A stretch of DNA of 32,000 nucleotides from Candidatus Nanobsidianus stetteri (GTDB taxonomy: Archaea; Nanobdellota; Nanobdellia; Nanobdellales; Nanobdellaceae): positions 14,357 to 46,356 of the forward strand of contig APJZ01000007.1 in assembly GCA_000387965.1 (NCBI GenBank), in the 5' to 3' direction. Below are positions 18,908 to 26,672 of the stretch, piece after piece (positions within the stretch are counted from its first letter, which is position 1; each line of letters starts with the position of its first letter). Made by a program: the position numbers and the translations under genes. The notes beneath the pieces are model-generated. The model had not been told where the DNA came from, ran no database searches, and saw only the letters and a program-made list of their open reading frames with translations.

Positions 18908-20407
18908 ATGAAAAGATATCAATTAAATTTACTTTCAGTAGCAATAATATTGGTAATTATATCTTTAGCTTTTATAATATATTATCAATATTCTATGAAT
19001 GTTAAAGAACAACAAGAAAATTTAATATTTGAAAATTTTATTAATAACTTACAAAATTTAGAAAATACAATAAATAGTATTCAAGGTACATATTATATAA
19101 AAGTCAATATACCAAATGGAATTATATTATATGCAAATGGCCCAAAATTAATAATACAATATAATAATAATAATTATACAATTGATTTTCAAAACAAGAC
19201 AGTAGTTTTATATAATAATAATCAAAATGTGAACTTTTTATATCCAAATAATCATATATATATTGTTAGTACAAATAATACTATTTTTGTTACAACAAAT
19301 CTTCAAAATTCAATTACAATATTAAATGAATATCTATCAAATGGAAATCTTGTATATATAAATCCTGAAAACATAAATAACAATAATGAAGGAAATAATC
19401 AAGGAAATAACAATAATAATATTAACCAAAATGTTCAATGCTTATTTCAATATAATGGACAAGCAAACTTTTTCTGGGGTGATGTAAATGGAAATAATTA
19501 TTTACCTCCAATAGGAGATCAGGGAGAATGTGGAGATTGTTGGGCTTTTGCATCTGCAAATGGAATTGCTTCAATATATATGATAAGAAATAATCAACCA
19601 AATGATGGATTACAATTATCCCCAGCATATTTAGCAATAGAGTGCAATAATGGATATCCAAACACTCCAAATTATTGTAATTCCAATGAAGGTTGTACTG
19701 GTGGTGTTGTATATCCTGCTCTATTATTTACATCTCAATATGGAATTCCACCTGATCAAGGATGGAACTATTATAATTCTACTTTAGCTAACTGTTTAGA
19801 AAATAATAATCAAAATTATCCTGGTGATGTATGTAATTACAATTATAATGGACCTAACTCTCCATTATATTATTCGCAAGGTGTTATATTTCTTACACAA
19901 AATGGACCTTTAACAGATCAACAAGTAATTCAAGATTTATTATGTTATGGACCATTAGTAGCTGCCGGATTTCTAGGAGGTAGTGGTGGATCAAATCCAA
20001 ATATAAATCCTCAACAACCAATACTTAATACAGGACATGCTATGTTATTAGTTGGTTATACCACTAGCAATACTATATATTCCCAACTATGTCAAGAAGT
20101 ATATGAAACCCCTAATTGTTGGATATTTGAGAATCAATGGGGAGATAATTCAGCTTGTATAGTTCTTACTACAAGCGGAGTACCAGTACCTGGACCAAAC
20201 AACCCTAATCAGTGTGGTGAATTATATCAAAATTATCAGGATTGTAATAATTATCTACAATTGGTTCTTAAAGTACCCGGAGTATCATGTGGAGGTGTGT
20301 ATTGGATGCAAGATGGATATTTGCTTGTACCATTCGATCAATCCTCATATGGCCAAACATTTCCATACTATATAGTTGCAATTCAAAATGTCACTCTCGC
20401 ACAATAA
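18908..20407 (+). CDS. N-terminally anchored papain-like (peptidase C1) cysteine protease
   Basis: 499 aa with an N-terminal helix MKRYQLNLLSVAIILVIISLAFII and an Asn-rich linker. The C-terminal domain has DQGECGDCWAFASANG (Gln at -6 and the catalytic Cys codon at 19538-19540), NTGHAMLLVGY (His) and FENQWGDN (Asn-x-Trp). Confidence 0.8.
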   Translation: MKRYQLNLLSVAIILVIISLAFIIYYQYSMNVKEQQENLIFENFINNLQNLENTINSIQGTYYIKVNIPNGIILYANGPKLIIQYNNNNYTIDFQNKTVVLYNNNQNVNFLYPNNHIYIVSTNNTIFVTTNLQNSITILNEYLSNGNLVYINPENINNNNEGNNQGNNNNNINQNVQCLFQYNGQANFFWGDVNGNNYLPPIGDQGECGDCWAFASANGIASIYMIRNNQPNDGLQLSPAYLAIECNNGYPNTPNYCNSNEGCTGGVVYPALLFTSQYGIPPDQGWNYYNSTLANCLENNNQNYPGDVCNYNYNGPNSPLYYSQGVIFLTQNGPLTDQQVIQDLLCYGPLVAAGFLGGSGGSNPNINPQQPILNTGHAMLLVGYTTSNTIYSQLCQEVYETPNCWIFENQWGDNSACIVLTTSGVPVPGPNNPNQCGELYQNYQDCNNYLQLVLKVPGVSCGGVYWMQDGYLLVPFDQSSYGQTFPYYIVAIQNVTLAQ

Positions 20408-21215
20408 ATATTTAATAGCATTATCTATTCTCTTTTTCATAATTTTATCTTACAATATATATTCTATGAGGAATCCATTTGCAGTTTATTGCGAATATGG
20501 TGGAGGAACATATTATATAAATAGTACAGGATCTTATTGTATTGTAAATGGTACATATTTTAATGCTCTACAATATTATGAGAATAATGTGCCTCCCCAA
20601 TATTCTTTCTGTGCCCATTATGGATTAATATATGTAAATAACAGTTATTGTGAATATCCAAATGGAACATTAGTTAGTCCATATACATTAATCCCTCCAT
20701 CAACATATCAAGACCTAATTTTACCTACACCACCTATATTATGTAATAGTTTATTAAATTGTTCAAATACTCCTTGGTATTATCAACCATGTTCAAATCA
20801 AATCTATCCATGCTTTAATCCTCCATATATACCCCAATCTTACTTAACAGGTAATACTTCTTATCAAACTCTTTTATCTACATATCAACAAGAATATCAA
20901 TGTGGGTATTGTCCAGAAAACTTATCATTTGAAGGAGATTGGTTTAGATGTCCATATAATTATTCATTAAATCAGTTATATCAAGAATTTCTAAAACAAT
21001 GTCCACCACCAAATATTGTTTATATATCATGTACAGGAGTATTTGAATGCGTAAATCAGACTGAAATAAATTTAACAAATAATACACAGCAATTAATTTA
21101 TCCACAACCAAATATAAGTAATAAAAGTAATAATGTTAATTTAATTTTACCAATAGCAATAGTAATAGTAATAATTATAATAGGCCTAGTTATTCTTTTA
21201 TATTATCTAAAATGA
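20376..21215 (+). CDS. Cys-rich surface protein with DUF333-like repeats and a C-terminal TM anchor
   Basis: 279 aa with a signal-like segment YLIALSILFFIILSYNIYS. NPFAVYCEYGGGTYYINSTGSYCIVNGTYF resembles the DUF333 (COG3042) NPA-x-VYC...GG...YC pattern, and FCAHYGLIYVNNSYCEYPNGT is a weaker second copy. C-terminal LILPIAIVIVIIIIGLVILLYYLK. The start is uncertain (ATG 20388 also possible). Confidence 0.45.
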   Translation: MQFKMSLSHNKYLIALSILFFIILSYNIYSMRNPFAVYCEYGGGTYYINSTGSYCIVNGTYFNALQYYENNVPPQYSFCAHYGLIYVNNSYCEYPNGTLVSPYTLIPPSTYQDLILPTPPILCNSLLNCSNTPWYYQPCSNQIYPCFNPPYIPQSYLTGNTSYQTLLSTYQQEYQCGYCPENLSFEGDWFRCPYNYSLNQLYQEFLKQCPPPNIVYISCTGVFECVNQTEINLTNNTQQLIYPQPNISNKSNNVNLILPIAIVIVIIIIGLVILLYYLK

Positions 21216-22825
21216 AAAATCAGATAAATACATTAGCATTTGTTATTATTATTTCAATAATAATTTTATTAATTGTTTTAGTTTATCTTTTATCAACTAG
21301 TTCTAGTTCTAAAATAACACAAACATATAATGTAGAAAACCAATATACATTAACAATTCAAAATAGCGTTGATTTATTACCTTATATTTATGATAATAAA
21401 GTTAATTTATCCTATGCATTTTTATTATCATATTTTTCATCTTCTGGAAATGATACATATTGTATAAATCAAAATACATGTACAAACATATCGGAAGATT
21501 TAATAAATTACTTTGACAGTATATATGGAAATAGATGGAATTTAACTATATATTTTATCCCACCAGTAACTGGATGGGTTGTTCAGATGTTTATAATAGG
21601 TGGTAATATTGGAAATTGGGATCCGTGTTCAATGAATCCTCCCCCAGATCCCAATGGTACGCAATGGTATGAATGGAATTACACATATTTCTTTGTAGAT
21701 AATTATACAGAAAATATTAATCTACCGAATGTATACAATCCAATTACTAATACGCCAATAAGTCAAACCTTATATGGAGCAGGATGGGTAAATGCAACAG
21801 CACCTTTTCATCAGTCTAATTCAATAAGTTCTTGGGGATTACCAACATTATATAATAACCTGGATCAATCTCAGGCAATACAAACAGGTTTCTGTACACC
21901 ATTAACAAAAATATTTCCAAATTATAATTTTACAGAAGCTTCTGTATATTGCCCTCAAGGTAAATGGAATCTATTTCCAAATTTTGGAACTTCGCCAACT
22001 TCTTCATTACCACAATTTTTCTCTGGTTGGATAGGAATTGGAACTCCAGTAGCAGGCTCTCAATATTTAACAGATGTTGGTTACTATTATTATGGACCTC
22101 CAACATATAAAACAGCTACTGATATAAATAGATTAGCAGAATTTATAATCCCACAACAATATTTAGATAAAATATGCCAAGAAGAATTTGGTACTCAGCA
22201 ATGCGGGAGTCAAGAATTGATTGTTGGGTCATTTTATAGAGGTGTAGTAAATATACCACCAAATTGTCAGCAAGTATTTATAGATTATCCCTGGCATGAA
22301 GTAATAAGATTATATATTTCATTTTTGAATAAGAGCGGAGAACCAGATTATGTATTTTTAGCGGCAGATCCTCTATGTGAATATAATTTAAATGGAAAAT
22401 TAATAGATTGTCCAACTGGTGTATTTGATAATATACAAAATGTAAATGGAATTATTGTTGGAAAAGACTGTCCTCTAGTTTATTTAATGGATCAAAATTC
22501 ATATGCCGAAGGATTGTATAGATTTAATATTACTAAATGGGTAATAGATGATAGAGATTCAAATACAAATCAATTTATAATTTCTGCAGTATATTATGAT
22601 CCTCATAATGGAGGAAATGGAGTTGCAATGGCAAGAGTATATTGTATTACAAATACTGGAAATAAAGAAGAATTAAACGCATATATTTATCAAGGTAATG
22701 AAGAAAGTATAAATCTAGGATATCCAATACCTCCGAATACAAATATATATGTTTATTATATATATTTACCAGTAGATGTATCATTCTTGGGCGGATATTT
22801 AGTTGCTAAATTAACAGTATGGTAA
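21212..22825 (+). CDS. Large pilin-like-anchored secreted protein, unknown fold
   Basis: 537 aa. N-terminus MKNQINTLAFVIIISIIILLIVLVYLL. Many Cys and N-x-S/T sequons. ATGA overlap with the upstream gene. Confidence 0.55.
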   Translation: MKNQINTLAFVIIISIIILLIVLVYLLSTSSSSKITQTYNVENQYTLTIQNSVDLLPYIYDNKVNLSYAFLLSYFSSSGNDTYCINQNTCTNISEDLINYFDSIYGNRWNLTIYFIPPVTGWVVQMFIIGGNIGNWDPCSMNPPPDPNGTQWYEWNYTYFFVDNYTENINLPNVYNPITNTPISQTLYGAGWVNATAPFHQSNSISSWGLPTLYNNLDQSQAIQTGFCTPLTKIFPNYNFTEASVYCPQGKWNLFPNFGTSPTSSLPQFFSGWIGIGTPVAGSQYLTDVGYYYYGPPTYKTATDINRLAEFIIPQQYLDKICQEEFGTQQCGSQELIVGSFYRGVVNIPPNCQQVFIDYPWHEVIRLYISFLNKSGEPDYVFLAADPLCEYNLNGKLIDCPTGVFDNIQNVNGIIVGKDCPLVYLMDQNSYAEGLYRFNITKWVIDDRDSNTNQFIISAVYYDPHNGGNGVAMARVYCITNTGNKEELNAYIYQGNEESINLGYPIPPNTNIYVYYIYLPVDVSFLGGYLVAKLTVW

Positions 22826-24027
22826 AAAAAGAAGATAAGATTTTATTTCTTATATATTTAATTTTGTTTTTACTTTTTATTTATATTAGCAACTTTAATA
22901 TTAATATAATTATCTTTGGTACAATATATTTATTCTTATTGTCCTTTATATTAAAAAATTCGAAGAATACATCTTTAATATACAAATTAACATTTTTATA
23001 TATACCAATTGGGATTTTTGGAATTTATACCAATCTACCTTTACCATTTCCATTTCCGTCAATATTTACTTATGTAGTAAATTATTGGATATTTTATTTT
23101 ATAGCATTTTCTTTAGGATATTATCTATTTGAAAACAACTTTTATATTTCAAAAAAATCTCTAATATTCTATATAATTTCTATAATTTTATATATAATAT
23201 TATTTTTCTTTGAATTAATATATAATTCTGTAACTACAGATTTAGATGTATCAGTGGGAAATATAATAATTTTATTTCTTATCTTTGTCTCTCTATATCT
23301 ATATATTTTCAAAATAATATATTCATCTCTATTTATAATATTTGCCATATTCTTATTTCTAGTTGCATATTTTAATAGCAATGAAATATTAATAGTAAAA
23401 ACAAAAATATATGAAAAGATATCAAAAATATATAAATACAAAAAGTATATATTTCTGTTAATATTTCTTATAATAATATTACAGATTATCATTGCTATAA
23501 ACAAATTATTATTGTATAATGGTTTAATTATAGAAAGTTCAACTGGAAAATATATTATCTACGAATATGAATCTCTAATATTTTTATCTATATACGAATT
23601 TATAATTTACTTTTTAGTTTATAGAAATTTAAGATATAATAATTATACAAGTTATTTCTTACTTTTTACTATGGTTTTAATAATATTTTTTGGAGAACTA
23701 TATTTATCAAATGTAGATTTTACTTCTGCAGCTTTACATACTAGATATCTAATAGCTATGCTATTTTTCTTTATGGGTATACACCATAAAATATATAAAA
23801 ATAGTAAAAGAGTAATTACAAAAGCTCTAGGTATTTCTATTGGTATTTTAATCTTGTTACAAAATATAACTGGAGAATTCCTTGAATCAGTATTGTTTGG
23901 AGGACCAAGTAGTATACATTTAGTATCTATACCAAATATATTAATAGCACTCGGAATTATACATGGATTAGTAACGCCAATTCTTATATTAACATTTATA
24001 TATTTACATATTAAATTAAAAATATGA
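22819..24027 (+). CDS. Polytopic membrane protein (copy A; C-terminal 2/3 lies inside the inverted repeat)
   Basis: 402 aa with about 10 hydrophobic segments. From VGNIIILFLIF onward it is identical to the partial ORF 31183..32000 (-). Confidence 0.6.
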   Translation: MVKKEDKILFLIYLILFLLFIYISNFNINIIIFGTIYLFLLSFILKNSKNTSLIYKLTFLYIPIGIFGIYTNLPLPFPFPSIFTYVVNYWIFYFIAFSLGYYLFENNFYISKKSLIFYIISIILYIILFFFELIYNSVTTDLDVSVGNIIILFLIFVSLYLYIFKIIYSSLFIIFAIFLFLVAYFNSNEILIVKTKIYEKISKIYKYKKYIFLLIFLIIILQIIIAINKLLLYNGLIIESSTGKYIIYEYESLIFLSIYEFIIYFLVYRNLRYNNYTSYFLLFTMVLIIFFGELYLSNVDFTSAALHTRYLIAMLFFFMGIHHKIYKNSKRVITKALGISIGILILLQNITGEFLESVLFGGPSSIHLVSIPNILIALGIIHGLVTPILILTFIYLHIKLKI

Positions 24028-24606
24028 GAAATCAAACAGAAATTATTTATGTAGTTTTATTTCTAACAATTGCTATATTAATAATCCTTCTATCTTTCTA
24101 TGCATTGACATATAATTATAATCAAAATATTGTTTTTAATAGATTCACTTCTTTATCTACACTATCAAACTATTTTTTGGGATATTTACAAACATTATTA
24201 ACACAGGAAAGTTATGCAGAATCATATTTAGCTGGAACAAATGGATGGGGAAAAGAAAATTGGGCTTCTTATCCTTACGGATGTATATTACCTCAATCAT
24301 GTCAAAATGCAATTCAATATTATAATAACTTGCTAACTTCTGGATATCAAACTTTATTAACTTTTGGAGAACAATATTTAACTGCATATCAATATTATTA
24401 TCCTTATAATGTATCTTTCAATTTTTCAAATAATTATCAGGCAGGAATCTTCGGAGATTGTAATAATATAATTTCCGGAGAATATAATTATAATTTTCCT
24501 GTCTATGTTCAAGGATTATATATAAATATTACTGGACCTTCTTCAGGTTCAATAATTCCATATGCAAGTACATCAAATATAACAAACAATCCCGCATTCT
24601 ATTTAT
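23210..24606 (+). repeat. Inverted repeat arm A (at least 1397 bp, identical to arm B)
   Basis: Position x here pairs with position 55210-x on the opposite strand. Spot-checked DNA at 23211-23260, 24001-24060, 24361-24420 and 24591-24606. All four ORF-track proteins in the arms are identical between copies. Confidence 0.9.
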
Positions 24607-24614
24607 TTAACTAA
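24024..24614 (+). CDS. Truncated duplicate of the 412-aa pilin-like Cys-rich protein
   Basis: 196 aa. The first 194 aa are identical to ORF 29948..31186 (-). Identity ends at 24606 and a TAA follows at 24612-24614. Confidence 0.5.
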   Translation: MRNQTEIIYVVLFLTIAILIILLSFYALTYNYNQNIVFNRFTSLSTLSNYFLGYLQTLLTQESYAESYLAGTNGWGKENWASYPYGCILPQSCQNAIQYYNNLLTSGYQTLLTFGEQYLTAYQYYYPYNVSFNFSNNYQAGIFGDCNNIISGEYNYNFPVYVQGLYINITGPSSGSIIPYASTSNITNNPAFYLFN

Positions 24615-25086
24615 TCAATCATCAATAATTGGAATAGCGGTTGCAACAAATGTAATAAGTTTATATGTTGGACAAGAATATAAATATTCTGTCTTAATAA
24701 AAAATCTAGTACCAGCAGATATTCAATGTTCTTTAGTACCAACTCCATCAACTACAAACGATAAAGCAATTGTTACAAATTATAGTATAAATGGAATAGT
24801 TAGCAATGAATTTACTATAGGTCCTTATGGATCTGCAGAATTAGATATAAATATTTTAGGATCTTCCAGTGGTGTAAGTAGTTTGGTATATGGTATAACA
24901 TGTAATTCTACATATGGTTCCTCATCATTTAGTACCCAAGTTCCAATATATGTATTGGGACCAAATAATTTAATAGCAAACTATACACAATCTGAAATAG
25001 TAGTATCTGAAAATATATCTCCAACAGATTTAATTGGAATTGGGGGTTTAATAGTAGGATTACTTGCTTTGTTTAATATAATCTAA
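24583..25086 (+). pseudogene. Start-less open frame encoding a beta-rich surface module with a C-terminal TM anchor (orphaned 3' gene part, or joined to 24024..24614 by a +1 shift)
   Basis: Frame 1 is open from 24583 to the stop at 25084-25086, about 167 codons, with no ATG/GTG/TTG before the TTG at 24883. The translation ...LIKNLVPADIQCSLVPTPSTTNDKAIVTNYSINGIVSNEFTIGPYGSAELDINILG...PTDLIGIGGLIVGLLALFNII looks like real coding sequence. It begins exactly where the repeat identity ends. Confidence 0.4.
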
Positions 25087-25371
25087 TTTTTTTAATTTTT
25101 TTCTTATTTCCAATATTATGTCATGAAGTGCAGCACCTAAAAATAATGTTGTTAATATATATAATTCATACAAATATGTAATTGCTCCAATTATTATTGA
25201 TATTATTCCAAATATTGATAAATACATATGATGAATCTTTGCTCTATATTCTCTTGTCTTTGTTCTAATTTCAATAAAGAATTCTGGTGAAAATTTTTTA
25301 ATTATATAATCTGCTGAAAAATATCCTATTATGAATGATAGACCATAAGTCATTATAGTGATATCGTTCAT
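25060..25371 (-). CDS. Small membrane protein, unknown function
   Basis: 103-aa ORF with 3 hydrophobic segments. Converges on and overlaps the end of the 24583..25086 frame. Confidence 0.45.
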   Translation of the reverse strand: MNDITIMTYGLSFIIGYFSADYIIKKFSPEFFIEIRTKTREYRAKIHHMYLSIFGIISIIIGAITYLYELYILTTLFLGAALHDIILEIRKKLKKLDYIKQSK

Positions 25372-25425
25372 TTTATAATATTTTTATTCATCATTTTAAA
25401 AAATTATATCATATAAATTAATTAC

Positions 25426-25710
25426 ATGGATCTAAAAATAATAAATAGGGAAAATAATCAATTATTAAATAGGGAAGAAATTATTGTTTTAATAGATCAT
25501 AAAAATGAACCAACACCAAAGAGAGATGATATAAGGGAAAAAATTTCAGCAATGATTGGAAAAGACAAAAATTTAATTGTAGTAGAAAAAATATTAACAG
25601 AATTTGGAAAACAGAGATCAAAAGCATTTGTAAATGTATATCAGAATGAAGAAGATATGAAAAAATTAGAGCCAAAACATATATTAAAAAGGAATAAAAT
25701 TATACAATGA
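25426..25710 (+). CDS. rps24e: 30S ribosomal protein S24e (eS24)
   Basis: 94 aa. NQLLNREEIIVLIDHKNEPTPKRDDIREKISAMIGKDKNLIVVEKILTEFGKQRSKAFVNVY matches the S24e pattern. Followed by S27ae as in most archaea. Confidence 0.9.
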   Translation: MDLKIINRENNQLLNREEIIVLIDHKNEPTPKRDDIREKISAMIGKDKNLIVVEKILTEFGKQRSKAFVNVYQNEEDMKKLEPKHILKRNKIIQ

Positions 25711-25910
25711 GCGGAAAGAAAGATTTGAAAATATTAAAATTATACAAGGTTGAGGATAATAAGGTAGTTAGATTGAAAAAGGTATGTCCAAAATGTGGAA
25801 GATTTATGGCAGAGCATGAGGATAGGTATCATTGTGGATATTGTGGATATACAGAATTTAAGCAAAATATAGAAAAGAAGTATATAAAGGAAATTGGAAT
25901 ACAAATATAA
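25707..25910 (+). CDS. rps27ae: 30S ribosomal protein S27ae (eS31)
   Basis: 67 aa. Zinc ribbon CPKCGRFMAEHEDRYHCGYCGYTEF. ATGA overlap with rps24e. Confidence 0.88.
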   Translation: MSGKKDLKILKLYKVEDNKVVRLKKVCPKCGRFMAEHEDRYHCGYCGYTEFKQNIEKKYIKEIGIQI

Positions 25911-26214
25911 TATAAAATATTTTGGTCCTTTTAGATCTTTTATTGGTTTAATGTTTCAGTTACCAAAAGAAAATACAATATATATTTTAGATTTAAAAAA
26001 GGATGTTGAAGATGGATTTGTTCATACATTTTTTTGTCTAAAACCATTAGATATTTATTTATATAATTCAAATTTTGAATTAGTCCAATATTCTAAAAAG
26101 TTAAAACCATTTAAAATCATAATTCCAAAGAAAAAATTTAGGTATATAATTGAGGGTTTAGATATAAATGAAGATATGTTAAATTATACAATAGATTATT
26201 TAAAATCTCTGTAA
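25894..26214 (+). CDS. DUF192-like small protein
   Basis: 106 aa with a TTG start in the track. GLMF...HTFFCLKPLDIYLYNSNFELV...FRYIIEG resembles the DUF192 (COG1430) core blocks. The start codon is uncertain. Confidence 0.4.
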   Translation: MEYKYNIKYFGPFRSFIGLMFQLPKENTIYILDLKKDVEDGFVHTFFCLKPLDIYLYNSNFELVQYSKKLKPFKIIIPKKKFRYIIEGLDINEDMLNYTIDYLKSL

Positions 26215-26586
26215 ATTATTAGTTAATATTTCTATTTCTACAAACAATCTATCAATCATGCTTTTTATTTCTTTTATTCCATTATTTATTTGTCCAATTA
26301 TTTCAATTTTTATGTTTGGTGTTATATATGGATTTCCACTTATTTCTTTATAATATAAAGTTATATAATCTTTTATACTCTCTAAAATACTTATCAATAA
26401 TTTCATTGAACTTATTAAATTATTAATTTCTTGCATTTGATAATTATATAAATTGTAGGGATTTCCACTAATATTTTTTTCATATTCATTTAAACTTTGT
26501 AATTGTAAAACATAGTTATTTATTTGTGATAATAAATTTCTTATTTGAGTTAATAATTGATTTTCCAAATCTTGAATATTATCCAT
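26200..26586 (-). CDS. Small helical/coiled-coil protein with an internal duplication
   Basis: 128 aa, heptad-like and rich in Q/N/L/I. ISGNPY occurs at aa 39-44 and 82-87, each followed by a similar helix. Confidence 0.45.
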   Translation of the reverse strand: MDNIQDLENQLLTQIRNLLSQINNYVLQLQSLNEYEKNISGNPYNLYNYQMQEINNLISSMKLLISILESIKDYITLYYKEISGNPYITPNIKIEIIGQINNGIKEIKSMIDRLFVEIEILTNNLQRF

Positions 26587-26616
26587 AATTAATTAATATT
26601 TTAACTATTTTATATT

Positions 26617-26672
26617 TTTTCAGGGAGGAGGTGTATTCATCATTTATCAGTCGCGCGCAACATCATCATATA
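26617..26672 (-). ncRNA. C/D box sRNA candidate (2'-O-methylation guide)
   Basis: Minus strand reads AUGAUGA (C, 26669-26663), 12 nt UGUUGCGCGCGA, CUGA (D', 26650-26647), UAA, AUGAUGA (C', 26643-26637), 13 nt AUACACCUCCUCC, CUGA (D, 26623-26620). All four boxes match consensus with canonical archaeal spacing. The guides are GC-rich in an otherwise AT-rich spacer. Confidence 0.7.

Noticed and set aside
19369-19432. Asn/Gly/Gln-rich run (NNNNEGNNQGNNNNNINQN) as a tandem DNA repeat or contingency locus
   Set aside because: It is an irregular mix of AAT/AAC/GGA/CAA codons rather than a unit repeat. It is consistent with a low-complexity linker favoured by AT bias.
23169-24387. Antisense ORFs 23169..23504, 23652..24035 and 24157..24387, with identical twins at 30823..31053 and 31175..31558
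   Set aside because: They sit opposite longer, more plausible membrane or secreted protein genes. Their duplication is simply a consequence of the inverted repeat and is not independent evidence of coding.
23210-24606. Diversity-generating retroelement (template/variable repeat pair) as the explanation for the duplicated gene part
   Set aside because: The two copies are identical where checked, with no adenine-specific mismatches. No reverse transcriptase gene is present in the window.
25388-25394. Second C-box-like ATGATGA on the minus strand in the spacer upstream of rps24e
   Set aside because: No CUGA lies at the required 12-nt spacing, there is no second box pair, and the flanks are pure A/T. 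It is a chance match in AT-rich DNA.
26621-26640. Strong Shine-Dalgarno-like GGAGGAGGTG on the plus strand
   Set aside because: No ATG/GTG/TTG start follows at a sensible distance, and the downstream frame stops after a few codons. It is better explained as the complement of the D-guide of the minus-strand C/D box sRNA.
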